A stretch of 64,000 nucleotides of DNA from Paraspadella gotoi (lineage: Eukaryota; Animalia; Chaetognatha): NCBI GenBank assembly GCA_051294375.1, contig CM119267.1, forward strand, positions 25,807,293-25,871,292, written 5' to 3'. Position 1 is the first letter of the stretch; every line of letters begins with the position of its first letter. The notes under the pieces were generated by a model. That model made no database searches. It was not told the origin of the DNA and worked only from the letters and a program-made list of their open reading frames with translations. The position numbers were made by a program, and so were the translations under genes. Of the stretch, positions 25,001-35,446 are shown piece after piece.

Positions 25001-26283
25001 ACAACACTTTCAGGCGACATGCCTCAACCTGGCGATGCACTTTTTACCAATGACACATCAGGCGACATGCCTCAACTTGGTGATGAACTTTCCACCAACA
25101 ACAACAATTTACTGAAGAGTCGCAACAGACTTCTCCCTACGGGAGGGGGGGATGTATGGTGGACAAAAATCCACTAACCGTTCATCAGTGGCCAATTGTG
25201 CCGGAGGCAAGTCATTCGCCTCCCAACCAAAAGGTCCGGGGTTCTAGCCCGGTGGCCACCTAACAGTTAAGAGGGACGGGGGGCTTAACCCGCCTGTAAC
25301 ACGGTGTTACAGCCTGATCCAAAGATCAGGGACTACTTATATTGAACGGTTCTGTCACTAACAAATAACAATTATCACCGTCTCTTCAGTTTTACTATTT
25401 AAACTATATTATTTAATTATATATATATTACTTTTTAAAAATATTATTTGCTTATTATATCTAATAACTCATTTTGGGAGGGGGAGGTCAGTGTTGTCTT
25501 CTGGAAATAAAGGGAGCATCGATACAACACAAGGTTAGACTACAATAGAATACAATTAGACTACAATATTTAATTTAATATCATTTGGCTTAAAAATATT
25601 TAAGATAACCTTTCTCTTTTAAATCTTAGCAAATTAGATCATAAGTTTATCAGTTATATCTTAGTTTTAAAGATCCTTTCCTCAATTAAAAATTGCCTAC
25701 TTTTATTCAGTTCACTACTAGGTAAACCAAAAAATTGTCTATTACCTATTTAAGAAAAAATCTTTGCCCCTTAAAAGTTCACCCCTTAAATGGGAAGTGT
25801 CTGTTTATTCAGGTCCGATGGCCCAGGAATCTGGAGCGCGCGAAGGGTTTGCTCCCAACGAAAAACGGTCAACTGCCCACGTCTTTTCCACTCAGGTTAC
25901 TCCTCGTTTTCCTATTTGATCTATTGGATGACAATTATTGGCGATCTGTCGATGTGTTCTGCCTTCACTATTGAAATGTTTCATTTTCGCAAGGCTTTGG
26001 AAGCATTCCTTAAAAAGCATCGACTGTCCCACGTTGTTCGAGCTCACGAGGTTCAACAAGTCGGTTTTCAGGTAAAAATAAACTTTTGGGATTATATCGT
26101 GCAGTCCACATTTTATTAAAAGCATCATTGAATTAAAACAACTGTTTTTCTTATCAGGTTCAACAAAAGGGAAAGCTGTTGACGGTGTTTTCCTCATCTC
26201 GATATTGCGGCGGAGCCAACGAAGCAGCGTGCGTCCTCGCCGACTCCAGCAAATTGAGACTCATCAGACTCGATACGACTTGA
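1454..26283 (+). CDS. PPP-family Ser/Thr phosphatase with N-terminal Nudix-like and EF-hand regions (18 exons)
   Basis: Phase-consistent exons 1454-1696, 1869-2008, 2168-2802, 4273-4409, 4945-5056, 5242-5402, 5785-5951, 6049-6198, 14697-14881, 22305-22408, 22493-22640, 22768-22909, 23211-23361, 23668-23927, 24046-24155, 25813-25895, 25994-26071, 26158-26283. PPP motifs [38 protein letters not shown]; EF-hand-like [11 protein letters not shown] and [14 protein letters not shown]; Nudix-box-like WIPHG...E...[11 protein letters not shown]. Confidence 0.85.
3290..4070. repeat. Composite interspersed repeat with (GTCT)n tract, DINE/Helentron-like; related copies at about 21790-22170, 37270-37640, 49885-50750 and 52020-53600
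   Basis: Shared blocks (gcagatccgacattgtttgctcaaact, gtggaaatgagtttaaatggaaaa, ctgtctgtccgtcc) recur in both orientations. Superfamily assignment is inference. Confidence 0.55.
4600..4895 (+). repeat. Interspersed repeat family; further copies at about 27510-27895, 39490-39800, partial 30570-30640
   Basis: Shared text gtattttgatgc..gtgcggagtacaat..gtattccccgatctaatact and ggttgtaccaatttcat; the 27.5 kb copy has a ~75-bp terminal direct repeat. Confidence 0.7.
5436..5690 (+). mobile_element. Solo LTR, TRIM family A
   Basis: Homologous to the LTRs of 46995-47735; TGTGG start; 4-bp TSD gtct (5432-5435 and 5691-5694). Confidence 0.85.
5558..5638 (+). ncRNA. Twister ribozyme-like fold, type P5 (family A LTR)
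   Basis: GTTGGC-AAA-GCGA-GA-CCG-TCCTAGGG-TAA-CCGC-GC-CAGTGAC..GTCACTG-AGGG-T-CGG-AAGC-TCCC-AAA-GCCAAC. Conserved UAA, GC, U-NNN-AAGC and GA-N'N'N' are all present; predicted cut U5584|A5585. Confidence 0.75.
7386..9370. mobile_element. Foldback-type element with ~0.8-kb inverted arms
   Basis: About 7391-8200 is the reverse complement of about 8490-9368 (cactagaccttgccatatatgaaaag / cttttcatatatggcaaggtctagtg); no ORF. Confidence 0.8.
10075..10330. repeat. Minisatellite, ~22-bp unit (aatgaatgactatcatcgcatc)
   Basis: Directly visible tandem units that degenerate towards the 3' end. Confidence 0.85.
11432..12480 (-). mobile_element. 3' end of an LTR retroelement: env-like ORF remnant, PPT and LTR (family D)
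   Basis: ORF 12117-11779 has a hydrophobic TM segment followed by CCCCC; purine tract gaggagggggg at 11760-11750; LTR at about 11747-11432 has CCAAT, TATAAAT and AATAAA and is homologous to 45030-45347. Confidence 0.65.
12583..12730. repeat. Short tandem array, ~3 units (ggggggaggatttgatcccgcccccttgtttgtcc)
   Basis: Directly visible tandem units of ~50-60 bp. Confidence 0.75.
15326..15590 (-). pseudogene. Astacin metalloprotease terminal exon, frameshifted
   Basis: [22 protein letters not shown]...PYASLMHYG (Met-turn), then after a frameshift in a GA run [31 protein letters not shown], matching the astacin C-terminal half; no HExxH exon seen. Confidence 0.75.
16990..17062 (+). ncRNA. tRNA-derived module (Met-like) in family B LTR; also at about 15646-15719
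   Basis: A-box-like tggctcattgag, anticodon-loop-like ctcatga, B-box-like ggttc(a/c)atccc; degenerate, not a functional tRNA. Confidence 0.55.
17072..17150 (+). ncRNA. Twister ribozyme-like fold, type P5 (family B LTR)
   Basis: GA-GGA-cggcta-TAA-gcc-GC-CTTGGGGG..CCCTCAAG-CCTGG-T-TCC-AAGC-CCAGG, closed by ggaa/ttcc. P1 and P2 are weak. Confidence 0.5.
18312..20857 (-). CDS. FLYWCH-type plus multi-C2H2 zinc-finger protein, nested antisense in a phosphatase intron
   Basis: Phase-consistent exons 20857-20771, 20581-20331, 20228-20058, 19803-18312; N-terminal LLFEKHQY...[11 protein letters not shown]...HNH followed by about nine C2H2-type fingers. Confidence 0.85.
22912..23210. repeat. Minisatellite, 5 x ~58 bp, filling an intron
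   Basis: aaaaaattaaaggaaaagggagacctattatggggaaatactcgccctttccttct repeated five times. Confidence 0.9.
24769..24838 (+). ncRNA. tRNA-derived module (Gly-like) in family C LTR; also at about 25190-25260
   Basis: att(c/t)gcctcccaa resembles the tRNA-Gly(CCC) anticodon arm; B-box-like ggttctagccc; terminal ggcca/tggcc pairing. Confidence 0.55.
24845..24917 (+). ncRNA. Twister ribozyme-like fold, type P5 (family C LTR); second copy at about 25267-25339
   Basis: Two-LTR consensus gagg-GA-CGG-N6-TAA-ccc-GC-CTGTAACA-cgg-TGTTACAG-CCTGA-T-CCG-AAGC-TCAGG; each individual copy has 1-2 core mutations. Confidence 0.55.
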
Positions 26284-27066
26284 TTTGCTTCTCCATTAGT
26301 TTCGTTTCCCGGTTCATTGGTTCAGTCGTTCAGTCGTTCAGTAGATGGGACTTGAACGTCAATGAAATGGACTCGCCCGATTCCCTTCTATCCGTTTTAG
26401 TCATGAATTATGTTGACCGGTTTCAAATGCACGATATAGTCAATACAGTATAGTAGTATACTATACAAAATATACTAATATAATCACAAACCAAGGTTTT
26501 CAGAGTCGAATTTTTAAGCAAAATGTTTCCGTGTGATTCACTCAAATGTTTTGAATGTATAAACCCTGCTATGCAATATTCGTCGAAATCAGGTTAGGTC
26601 ATTCGGTCTCGTGCTAAACCTTCATTTACAAAAAAAATCTATGCATTTTTTACATCTGAGCCAAAAGAAACTAAAAAGAAAAATAATCAGTTGTAGACAA
26701 TCAATTGTAATTTTGCACCATTCCGTATAAAACATTTGTATTAACAATATATATAATTGTTTTTGTTGTGTTTCTTTTGTTGCGAGCGTTTCAGCTCATG
26801 GTTTCCTTACCTTTTTTTACGTAAATGTGTAGTATACATGTATTTTCCGTTCATGATTGACTTGGTTGAGAAAGTCTTTCCAGTTTCATATTTCTCATTT
26901 TCGACTTTTATTTCAGAAAGGTTTATCATCACTATCCAAAAAAATCGATGATAAATATTAAAGCTTCAACGTATGAAAGGAGCCATCGATTTTTTCTATT
27001 AATCTTTAATTAAAGTTTAAAGGAGACATTAAAAACCATTCCATCGGTTATAGAAACCCGTAAAAA

Positions 27067-30000
27067 ATGAACATCACCTACATTCCTATGGGCTCCATGC
27101 AGGTTGGACCCAATGGTGAACTCATTCCCACCAACATCGCCACGTCCTTTCCAGGCATGTTCACTCGGTTATACTTTTAGGTACGTATATATACACACTT
27201 TATTTTAGATTTGTAATTTTCTTTTAATATTCCAGCCGGAGCCGAAGGACGCGGTCCGACCTTTCATCAAGTGGTTACTACTGTTCCGGGATCAAACGCC
27301 GGTTGGAAAATGTCAGATTTAACTCCGGTTTATAGGTGAGTAAGGTTAAAACCAGGACACAAGATTTAGATTTTGTAGCTGTATGTATCATATATTAATA
27401 ATATTGAGTGATTAAAATAATTTAATTTAGAAAGACAAAAAAAAATGATTCTTTCCCCATGTGATTGAGGATTATTTTACCTTTTCGATGTAGCAAAGTA
27501 ATGTATAGTATGTCCAAAGTCAGGGGCAAGATAGCTTATTTATTAAATGAATGGATAATTTTTATATTGGTTGTACCAATTTCATAAAATTCAGCTCCTT
27601 GTATTTTGATGCTAGTGCGGAGTACAATAAGTATTCCCCGATCTAATACTTAAGGGAGTGGTCTTTTCATACAATTGAAACATTTTTTGAAATATTTTCC
27701 ACTTCATTGATAGGGAAGCCAGGTACTCTGGGAGTGAATAAACGGGACTGTGAAAGAGTCTTGATTAAAAGCTTGCAGGGACCTGCTATGTCATTAGCTT
27801 GTAAGAGTGATGGAGGCCTGTCCAAAGTCAGGGGCAAGATAGCTTATTTATTAAATGAATGGATAATTTTTATATTGGTTGTACCAATTTCATATAAACA
27901 TCTAATTTATTTAATTTTCACCAAGTCTCCCCATCATTTCCTTCCCATCAATTTTCCTTTTCTTCAGCGGGTCTCACAACTTCGCAGTGATGGAGCCTCT
28001 CGCTGTTTCCTCTGGTGCGACGGTTGTACCCGTAAGTCACTTAGCGCCGGGCACCAACGTGGCCATGACCGGCGCCATGGGGGGCCAGTTGGTTCAGGCG
28101 CCGGGCGGCGGAGCCCATATCGTTCATGCAGCCGCCGGTGCAACTGCCGAGCAATTTTTGCAGGTGGCGACGCTGCAAGCGCAACAGCACCAGCAGCAAA
28201 TGCATCAGCAGCAAAAGGTTGCCGCAAGGAATCACAAGGCGAGACACAAACCGGTTCCGCCTCTTCAGTTTCAGCAAATCGTTCAACAGCACCAACCGCA
28301 TTTTCAAATACAGCAAATACCTCAGCATCAGGTCCAACTCGCTCAGCCCCAAACCGTCCATATTTTGCATCCATCCGCGCCGACGCTGGAGTCTCGAGAG
28401 ACGCAACCCTCGGAGGAACAGCAGCAAGAATCGCAGCCGCAGCAAGAGTCTCTGCAAAACCAGCCAAATGGACCGTCCACGCCGCAGCAGAACCAAGAAG
28501 AGGATGGAGAACCGGAGGGCGTTGGAGACGAGGGATCCTCCTCGAAAAAAACGGAGGATCAGACGACGACTACCGACGCCACCCCAACCACCTCCCTACC
28601 TGGGCAACCCATATTGCAGGAACAAGAGCCGTTGCAACAAGTGCTTCAAGTAATGACTCCGCTGAAGACAATTTCCAGTGCGGGTGGAGTAACCGGCTAC
28701 ACAATAATTAAAGTTGACAACGGAGTGGCGATTCCGGGCGAGGGCCAAATCTTGACTCACCCTCTCGATCTCCCAACGACGTCCGTCGCCTCCGACGCCG
28801 TCGTCGCCCGCCCGACCAAACCTCGCTCTTCATCCTCCCTCCACTTTTGCCCCGTCTGCGCTAAAGACTTTCGTAGCAAAGGAAACCTTAAACGTCACCA
28901 CAAGGATTTCCACGAGACTTCGGCCCAGCGTGTCACCTACCACTGCGACCTCTGTCGCAAGGACTTTCAGAATCGATTCAATCTGCGGCGCCACCGCGTC
29001 GGCGTCCACGGCGGCACCGCCGAATTCTCCGTCCGCGAATTCCAGTGCGAAGTCTGCTCCAAAATCTTTCACTACAACGACAATCTCAAGCGGCACAGAC
29101 GCAACGTTCACGGATTGATGCCGAGGAGAGAGGTCGGCGCGGCGTAGAGGGGGAGAGGAAGTGATAGAAGGGAAAGAGAGAGGGAGTTGTATAATGCACA
29201 AATTGTACATGGTAGATTTGTAAGAGAGCTAAATGGTCCTAAAATAACAGTAAACTTAGCTCTAGTAGTATTCCCAATAACATACCTATTAACTAACTTG
29301 TTGAATAAGAGAAGCTAACTTGCAGTGGTAGAATACTAGCATGCTTGAAGCATATAGCTAGCTTAAGGGAAGTAAAGTCATAAGCATAAATAGTAGATAC
29401 CCTATAGAGGAAAGAAAGAATCTTTATTAATAACATAATTCCTGACCCAATAAGTAAGAACTAAGACCAGAGAGAATGGGACTGCCATTTTTTTTTTTTT
29501 TTTTGGAGACATATTGTTTCAAGTCCAAGCTGAAGCTTTAAACTATAATTGAAATACCTAAGAGTGATTTCCTATGACAATATTTATAAGTTAGTTTAAT
29601 TGATAATTATTATTAATAAATGTCCAAAACTCTCTAATCAATCATTAATTCATTATCATCAATTGCTACACTAATGACAAAAGTGAATTCGTGAAATGAG
29701 AACATGAAATGACACAGGAACAGAATTTATGACAAGTCAATGTCAATACGACAATATGCAAATGAGATTGATGAACTCAATCTCATTCTTTGTTGTATCA
29801 AAAGTTCCTTCCTTATAGATTGGCGCGGTTTTATACAAGATAAGAAGATATTTGAAAAGCAGGATAATATGGAACGAAAAGACGAAATTGAGTTTAGAAA
29901 TTCTTTGTTCATTTCTTCAGATCAAGTGGGAAGCGGGAGCCGAATACTCTGGTACTGAACCGACCGACGGCGCCGCTGACAACTCGTTTTCTGTCGTCGA

Positions 30001-33000
30001 GGATACGAAACCGGCGTTGAGCGGCGTTGACGCCGCGGCGCTCGTTCCCGTCTCCCCCAACTCTCGCGCCTTCGTCTGCGAAATCTGTAACAAAAATCTT
30101 CAAAGCAATTACAATTTAAAAAGACATCAGGCCGCCGTGCATAAGGTGAGACGAGCAAGGTCTCCCCACGATGATAGGTTTTTGAACCATTATTTGATCG
30201 CAAAAACGTCTTATTTTTTGCCTAAAATAATCATTTGAGAGTCGCCACAAACTGGTGATTACCCGATGTCAGAGATAAAGCGCAACCTTCTCAAAAAAAA
30301 ACAACGGCAAGATGGAAGAGAGTCCCGATGGCGCCAACCTGTCAAATTCCAACTTTTATTGCTTTACACTATTATAAAGCCTATATCCAAAAATGATAGT
30401 TTTGGCTCAATCTGTGTCTTTCTCTCTCCATATATATTTTTTTATGTTTCCAGAAAAAAACTTTTATTCCTGTTATATCTTTTACCGTATGATAACTTAA
30501 AAAATATGGCAAAAAATATCCTTTTTGTACTTGCAAATAAAATTATGTCAAAATTATACTGTGGGAATGAATAAACGATATTGTGAAAGAGTCTTGATTG
30601 AATGATTGCAAGGAACTGCTCTGTCATTATCTTGTACACTACGGCGAAAAAAAGGCGTCACTTTTCACATAAAAAAAACACATTAGATGCCTGAATTTTA
30701 CAAAGACATAGAAACATAAAATAAAGCTTATTGAAAAATGAAGCGATTGGTCCAAGTCCCAATAAAATCGAGCGGGTCTTCTCTCCCCCCTCTCAACCTC
30801 TACTCCTTCTCTTCCCTTCGTTGTCCCCTCCTCTTCATCCTAGAGTCAAGGATCGTCCTCACTCTCGTCTCACGATCTCGGGGTCCTCAAGCCTTCCTTC
30901 TCCCCTTTTATGTACCCTTATTCCCTTTTCTTTTTACCAAATACATCCTCAACTTACATATTTTCCCATATATTGATACATACCTTCAGAGGAAGAATTA
31001 GTTTTTGTCAAAAAGTCAATGACTTTTTCCTATTACAAATGTGTATAATATGAAATTAGCTGAACACATTGTTAGAAAAAGAAGTATCATCAACTTAACC
31101 TCCAAAAATCATCTTTTTCCAATTCTGTTTTCAGACTTTAAAAGCTTGAGGGGTATTGAAGGTGTGAAGTAATAGAGGGAAAAATAATGGTATATTTCGC
31201 GAAGAGTAGAAACGAGAGAATGTATCGCTAGACAAAATATACTGAGGGGCAGGAGGAGGAGGAAAAAGAAGAAGAGGAAGAGGAGAATTGGACGGCAGGC
31301 TAAATCCTCCTCTGCGTCCCCCTTCTTGTCCAGGCCCCCAATGGCGTGGCATTACATCGTCATGCTTCCCTCTGGACTAAAAAACAAAGACACAGAACTA
31401 AAAAAGTGAGAGAAGTCACAAACTAAAACTATTGGATTTCTATCAAAGCTACTATTTAAATGATTAAAAGTTTATTTTTAATTTATGTCAGTCATTGACA
31501 AATTATGCGACTGCACCATGACTGATATTGATTCTTAAAAAAAGAGCAATGGTAAAGTCTGAGCCAAAAATGCAGCAAACTTCTGGCGCAACCATGGTCG
31601 TAAGTCTATTTCCATCAGTTTAGGGTAAGTATTTTTGCGTTTTCCAAAAGCTGGTTGCCTTCTTTGGTCTTGAGGAACACGTCGATGAGGGGGGATATAG
31701 ATTTTTTCAGCGCAGGTTTGAGGGATCATGTATTCTTTCCAGGGTCCAGTTCTTTCATTTCTTGATTTTGTTTCCCATTTCTTGATTCTTGTTTGAGTTG
31801 ATTCTTGCAAATGAAGTTTCTCCTTGGATTTTTCCAGCTGGAGTTTTCACATCATTAGCATAGTCTTTGACAGTTGGTAGGTCGGTCTGCACTTGAGAAT
31901 CAGTCTTGGCAACATTGGTTTGTGTTGAAACTGAATCAGAAATGATGGCGGTTTGGGTAGTTTTGGAAAAGGAGGTTGAGTAGGGTATTTTAGTCTGAGT
32001 TGATTTATTGCAACTAGCCTTGGGTTTTGAGGTCTGGGTTGAAGCATTGACTTGAGTTGAATAGGTTTGAGTTGAGGTGGAGACAGTTTGGGTTTTTAAA
32101 GGAAGAGGGGACATATGTGTATTCTGCACCAAAGTAAGTAGATCCATTATATTCTTGTCCAGAATTCGTGGGTTTGCATTATTAGTATGCAATCTTTTAG
32201 AAAAATTCATCAGGTTTTCCAAGATGTCAATATATTCTCCTTTGAGGTCATCAGAACTGATTTGATCTTTAAAGTTTATTGCGGCCATTTTTTGGATTAT
32301 GTTCAAGATTTAGGGTAGAAAAGGTATTGGTTTTTCTGGACAGTTATTTTAATTTTTCTTTTTTTTTTTTTTTTTGTCTTTCAAGGGAGCTAACGTTTTC
32401 TTTTTCCTTTTTCTTAAGAGGTTAAAGTCCAATCTTAGCTTTCGCCATTTTTAGTTGGAGAGAGAGAGAGAGAGACAGAGAGAGTTGAAGCGATCTTGTT
32501 TTTAGTTGCCAGGTTTAAAGTTTGATGTTTAGTTTCGGTTGACGAAGAGTGAAGAGAAAGGAGAAAGTTATCATGTAATTAACATAAAGTAGGGTTTTTT
32601 TTATGCAATTTCTTTGTAGTAATTTTAATAGTTATTTTGTAAAATGGTATCTTTTTTTTTTAGATGGGAGTTTGTAAATTTGGTTTATTTTTAAGTTTGT
32701 TTTTGGTTGTTAGTGAAGAAAAAGTTTTTTTTTATAGAACTTCCGCGGTTTTTTTTTTTTTGCTGAGGGTTTGCACAGGAAACTTAATCCACGGGGAGTA
32801 GGGTGTCGAGCCGCGAAGAGGGCGTCACTTGAGGGGTATTGAAGGTCTGAAGTAATAGAGGGAAAAATAATGGTATATTTCGCGAAGAGTAGAAACGAGA
32901 GAATGTCTCGCTAGACAAAATATACTGAGGGGCAGGAGGAGGAGGAAAAAGAAGAAGAGGAAGAGGAGAATTGGACGGCAGGCTAAATCCTCCTCTGAAA

Positions 33001-34571
33001 AGTATTGTTGTATTCTACTGCCTGAACCAATTAATTTTTTCTTTCACCAATCATTATCTTTTTAAAAAAGCTATATTTTTGATAAATATTTTCTTAAAAT
33101 AATAAAGAAATAGTGGTTGTACCAATTTCACAGTAAAAATGAATAATAAAAAAAAGTAATACAAATTTGTTAACCTGCAAGAGCCATGTTAATATTGTTA
33201 TATAAATTAGCTTTTTCAAATATTTTTATTATACAGAATTCACATAATCAACTATCAAAACAAATTAAAACATATGTATTAATTGTTTTTTAAAAAATAG
33301 TTATTATTAAATTGTTTATGCTCTTTAAGCCTTATATTCAACCTTACGATGACGCATTAATCTCATTTGCATATTCCAGTCACTCGATTTTTATTACTAA
33401 CTTTTTGAGCATACTTCACCCACCGGCTGCGTATCTAATTTTCATTAAATATGGTTCTGATCATATTTTTTGAAAATCTGAATCTAGATTCAGGCACTAA
33501 TATTGTGGCGGTATATTCACACCAACTCACATCCACCATCAGAGGGGGAACCCACCATCCTAAGCGTTGCGTTCCATCCACAGTCCTAACGACTTCCCTC
33601 TGCGTTGGCAAAGCGAGACCGTCCAAGGGTATCCGCGCCAGTGACTGGATGCGTCACTGAGGGTCGGAAACCCCCAAAGCCAACAGTGAGATGTCCCATC
33701 CCAAATAGACATCATAAGCAACCCGGCTGTTGCTAGAGTTTCGTTCACCGCTAATTTTTCAGGAAATTCGCTTAACCTAGGCGAAAAATCTTGCTTAAAA
33801 AAAAATTCATAGGCTTCACAAGACATTACACTTTCACAATATCCCAAGGTTAATGTATTGTATTATATTTTTTTACCTAGAAATTATAAAAGAATTAGAA
33901 AAATAAAAAATATTAGAAAACAACATAAGTGTATAAAGTAAGGGGAAGAAAGAATAAGAGAGATTAGGATAGAAAAAAGATTGGGGTTGATAATAAAAAA
34001 AAAACATTGAAAAAATGGAGAAGAGAGAGAGGGGGGAAATATGGTGTGAAAGGGAGAGGAGAATAAGAGATGACGGGAAAAAAATACTTTTCTTTTAAAA
34101 AATCAATGATTTCCTAACAAATATTAACAAAAATTGTATTTGAAAATTAACCGAAGTTAATCGTTAAAATAGATATATTAACGGTTAGGTTAAAATTATA
34201 ATTAACCGTTAATATAATATGTATTGGTTCAGGACACTCGCATTCTCTACGGGTGCGACGAATGCGAGAAAAACTTCACCAGCATCACTAACTATCGACG
34301 CCACAAAGTGATGATCCACGGACCTGGCAAGCAAGCTTACCGCTGCGCCGCCTGCGAAAAGAACCTGGCCAGCAAGGACGGACTCCGTCGCCACATGGAG
34401 TCGGTACACCAGACCATCGGAAAGAACTTTGTTTGCGGCACTTGCGGCAACCGATTCTTGCGGAAAGAGTATCTCACCAAACACCTTAAGACTCATCAGT
34501 TCAATTACGAAATTCTTCCCGCCGACACGACGACCACGGCCACGCCTCTTAGTCCCGACGCCGCGTCGTGA
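27067..34571 (+). CDS. Gln-rich C2H2 zinc-finger protein (7 fingers)
   Basis: Exons 27067-27154 (GC donor, tentative), 27236-27335, 27968-29132, 29921-30145, 34233-34571 are phase-consistent; 3+1+3 C2H2 fingers. Confidence 0.8.
31145..32998 (-). mobile_element. Non-autonomous LTR-like element with ~170-bp direct repeats
   Basis: Near-identical repeats at about 31145-31313 and 32828-32997; PBS-like tgacgccc after the 5' repeat; PPT aagaaggggga before the 3' repeat; probable TSD aaag. Confidence 0.7.
31755..32306 (-). CDS. Element-borne ORF with tandem TQT motifs
   Basis: 183-aa ORF with six TQT plus TQV and VQT, including KSTQT and KTTQT; may continue by frameshift into 31810-31535. Confidence 0.5.
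   Translation of the reverse strand: MNIIQKMAAINFKDQISSDDLKGEYIDILENLMNFSKRLHTNNANPRILDKNIMDLLTLVQNTHMSPLPLKTQTVSTSTQTYSTQVNASTQTSKPKASCNKSTQTKIPYSTSFSKTTQTAIISDSVSTQTNVAKTDSQVQTDLPTVKDYANDVKTPAGKIQGETSFARINSNKNQEMGNKIKK
33504..33733 (+). mobile_element. Solo LTR, TRIM family A (twister UAA changed to UAU)
   Basis: Homology to 5436-5690; gggtatccgc in place of gggtaaccgc. Confidence 0.8.
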
Positions 34572-35446
34572 CGAGAGTCTTCATCTTTACCTCACCCTCG
34601 ACGCCTCCTGCAGAATTTCCTCTTTGGTCAGTCGTTTACACATAAATACAGAGGCACAGTTTATTGTCTATCAAGTATCAAGCCTGCTTGTCTAACGATG
34701 AAGTCTTTTGAGCCTAGTTTACGTAGGCTGCTTGCTAAGCAGTGTCACTAAGCAGTGCTTAGTGACAGGTGTCAAAGGAAAACCTTTTTCATCTTTAATT
34801 CTCCCGATTCAAATGATGTGACCACTCATAATTGACCATTATGAGCATTATGGGCATATGTTGTCATCATCGCCGAACTATGCAATCATTTACTCAAATG
34901 TAAATTTCATATATATTCTTGTGATTGTTTCTAGTTTTTTTTCTAGTCCATTTATTTGCTTTTTTAGTGTAATATCATTTTCGCATCATTTATTTGTTAT
35001 ACAATTTTTCAGACTTCATTTTGCCATCGAACCAAAAAATTAATTTTCTACGACAACTACATACGTTTCAGTGGGCAAATATGTTTGTTATTATACGAAG
35101 TTTTTAATTTTCTTAAACTTAAAGTTATTTTAGATCATCTTTTTTTTTTCTTTAGAGGTTTTTCTTTTTTGGTTCTAAATTCTCGGACCGAAAAAAAAAT
35201 ATTGCGGATCGAAGTAGATGAAATTAATTAATTAATGAAATTCTAGTTATCGGATTAGTATTTATTCGACGACGACGACGACGCCGCGATGGAAGAACCA
35301 GCGCTTTGTTCGTCCTCTGGAGGAACGATGGGCGAACGACAAGAAGGATAACACCCAATCTTCGAATAAGGATGAAAATACTTTTACACACAGATTAGCA
35401 TCGATCGAACGACAATCGTATTGATAACAACGTTGGGGTGACCATC

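Larger units (their letters stand above)
24734..25388 (+). mobile_element. TRIM family C (LTRs about 24734-24966 and 25153-25388)
   Basis: Direct repeats ending in CA; PBS tggtgagcccgac at 24968; PPT gggagggggggga at 25141-25152; probable TSD gttt; ~185-bp non-coding core with an internal tandem duplication. Confidence 0.85.

Noticed and set aside
27707-28711. 334-aa ORF and other overlapping frames over the zinc-finger exon
   Set aside because: Shadow frames of a GC-rich exon; the 5' part is repeat sequence.
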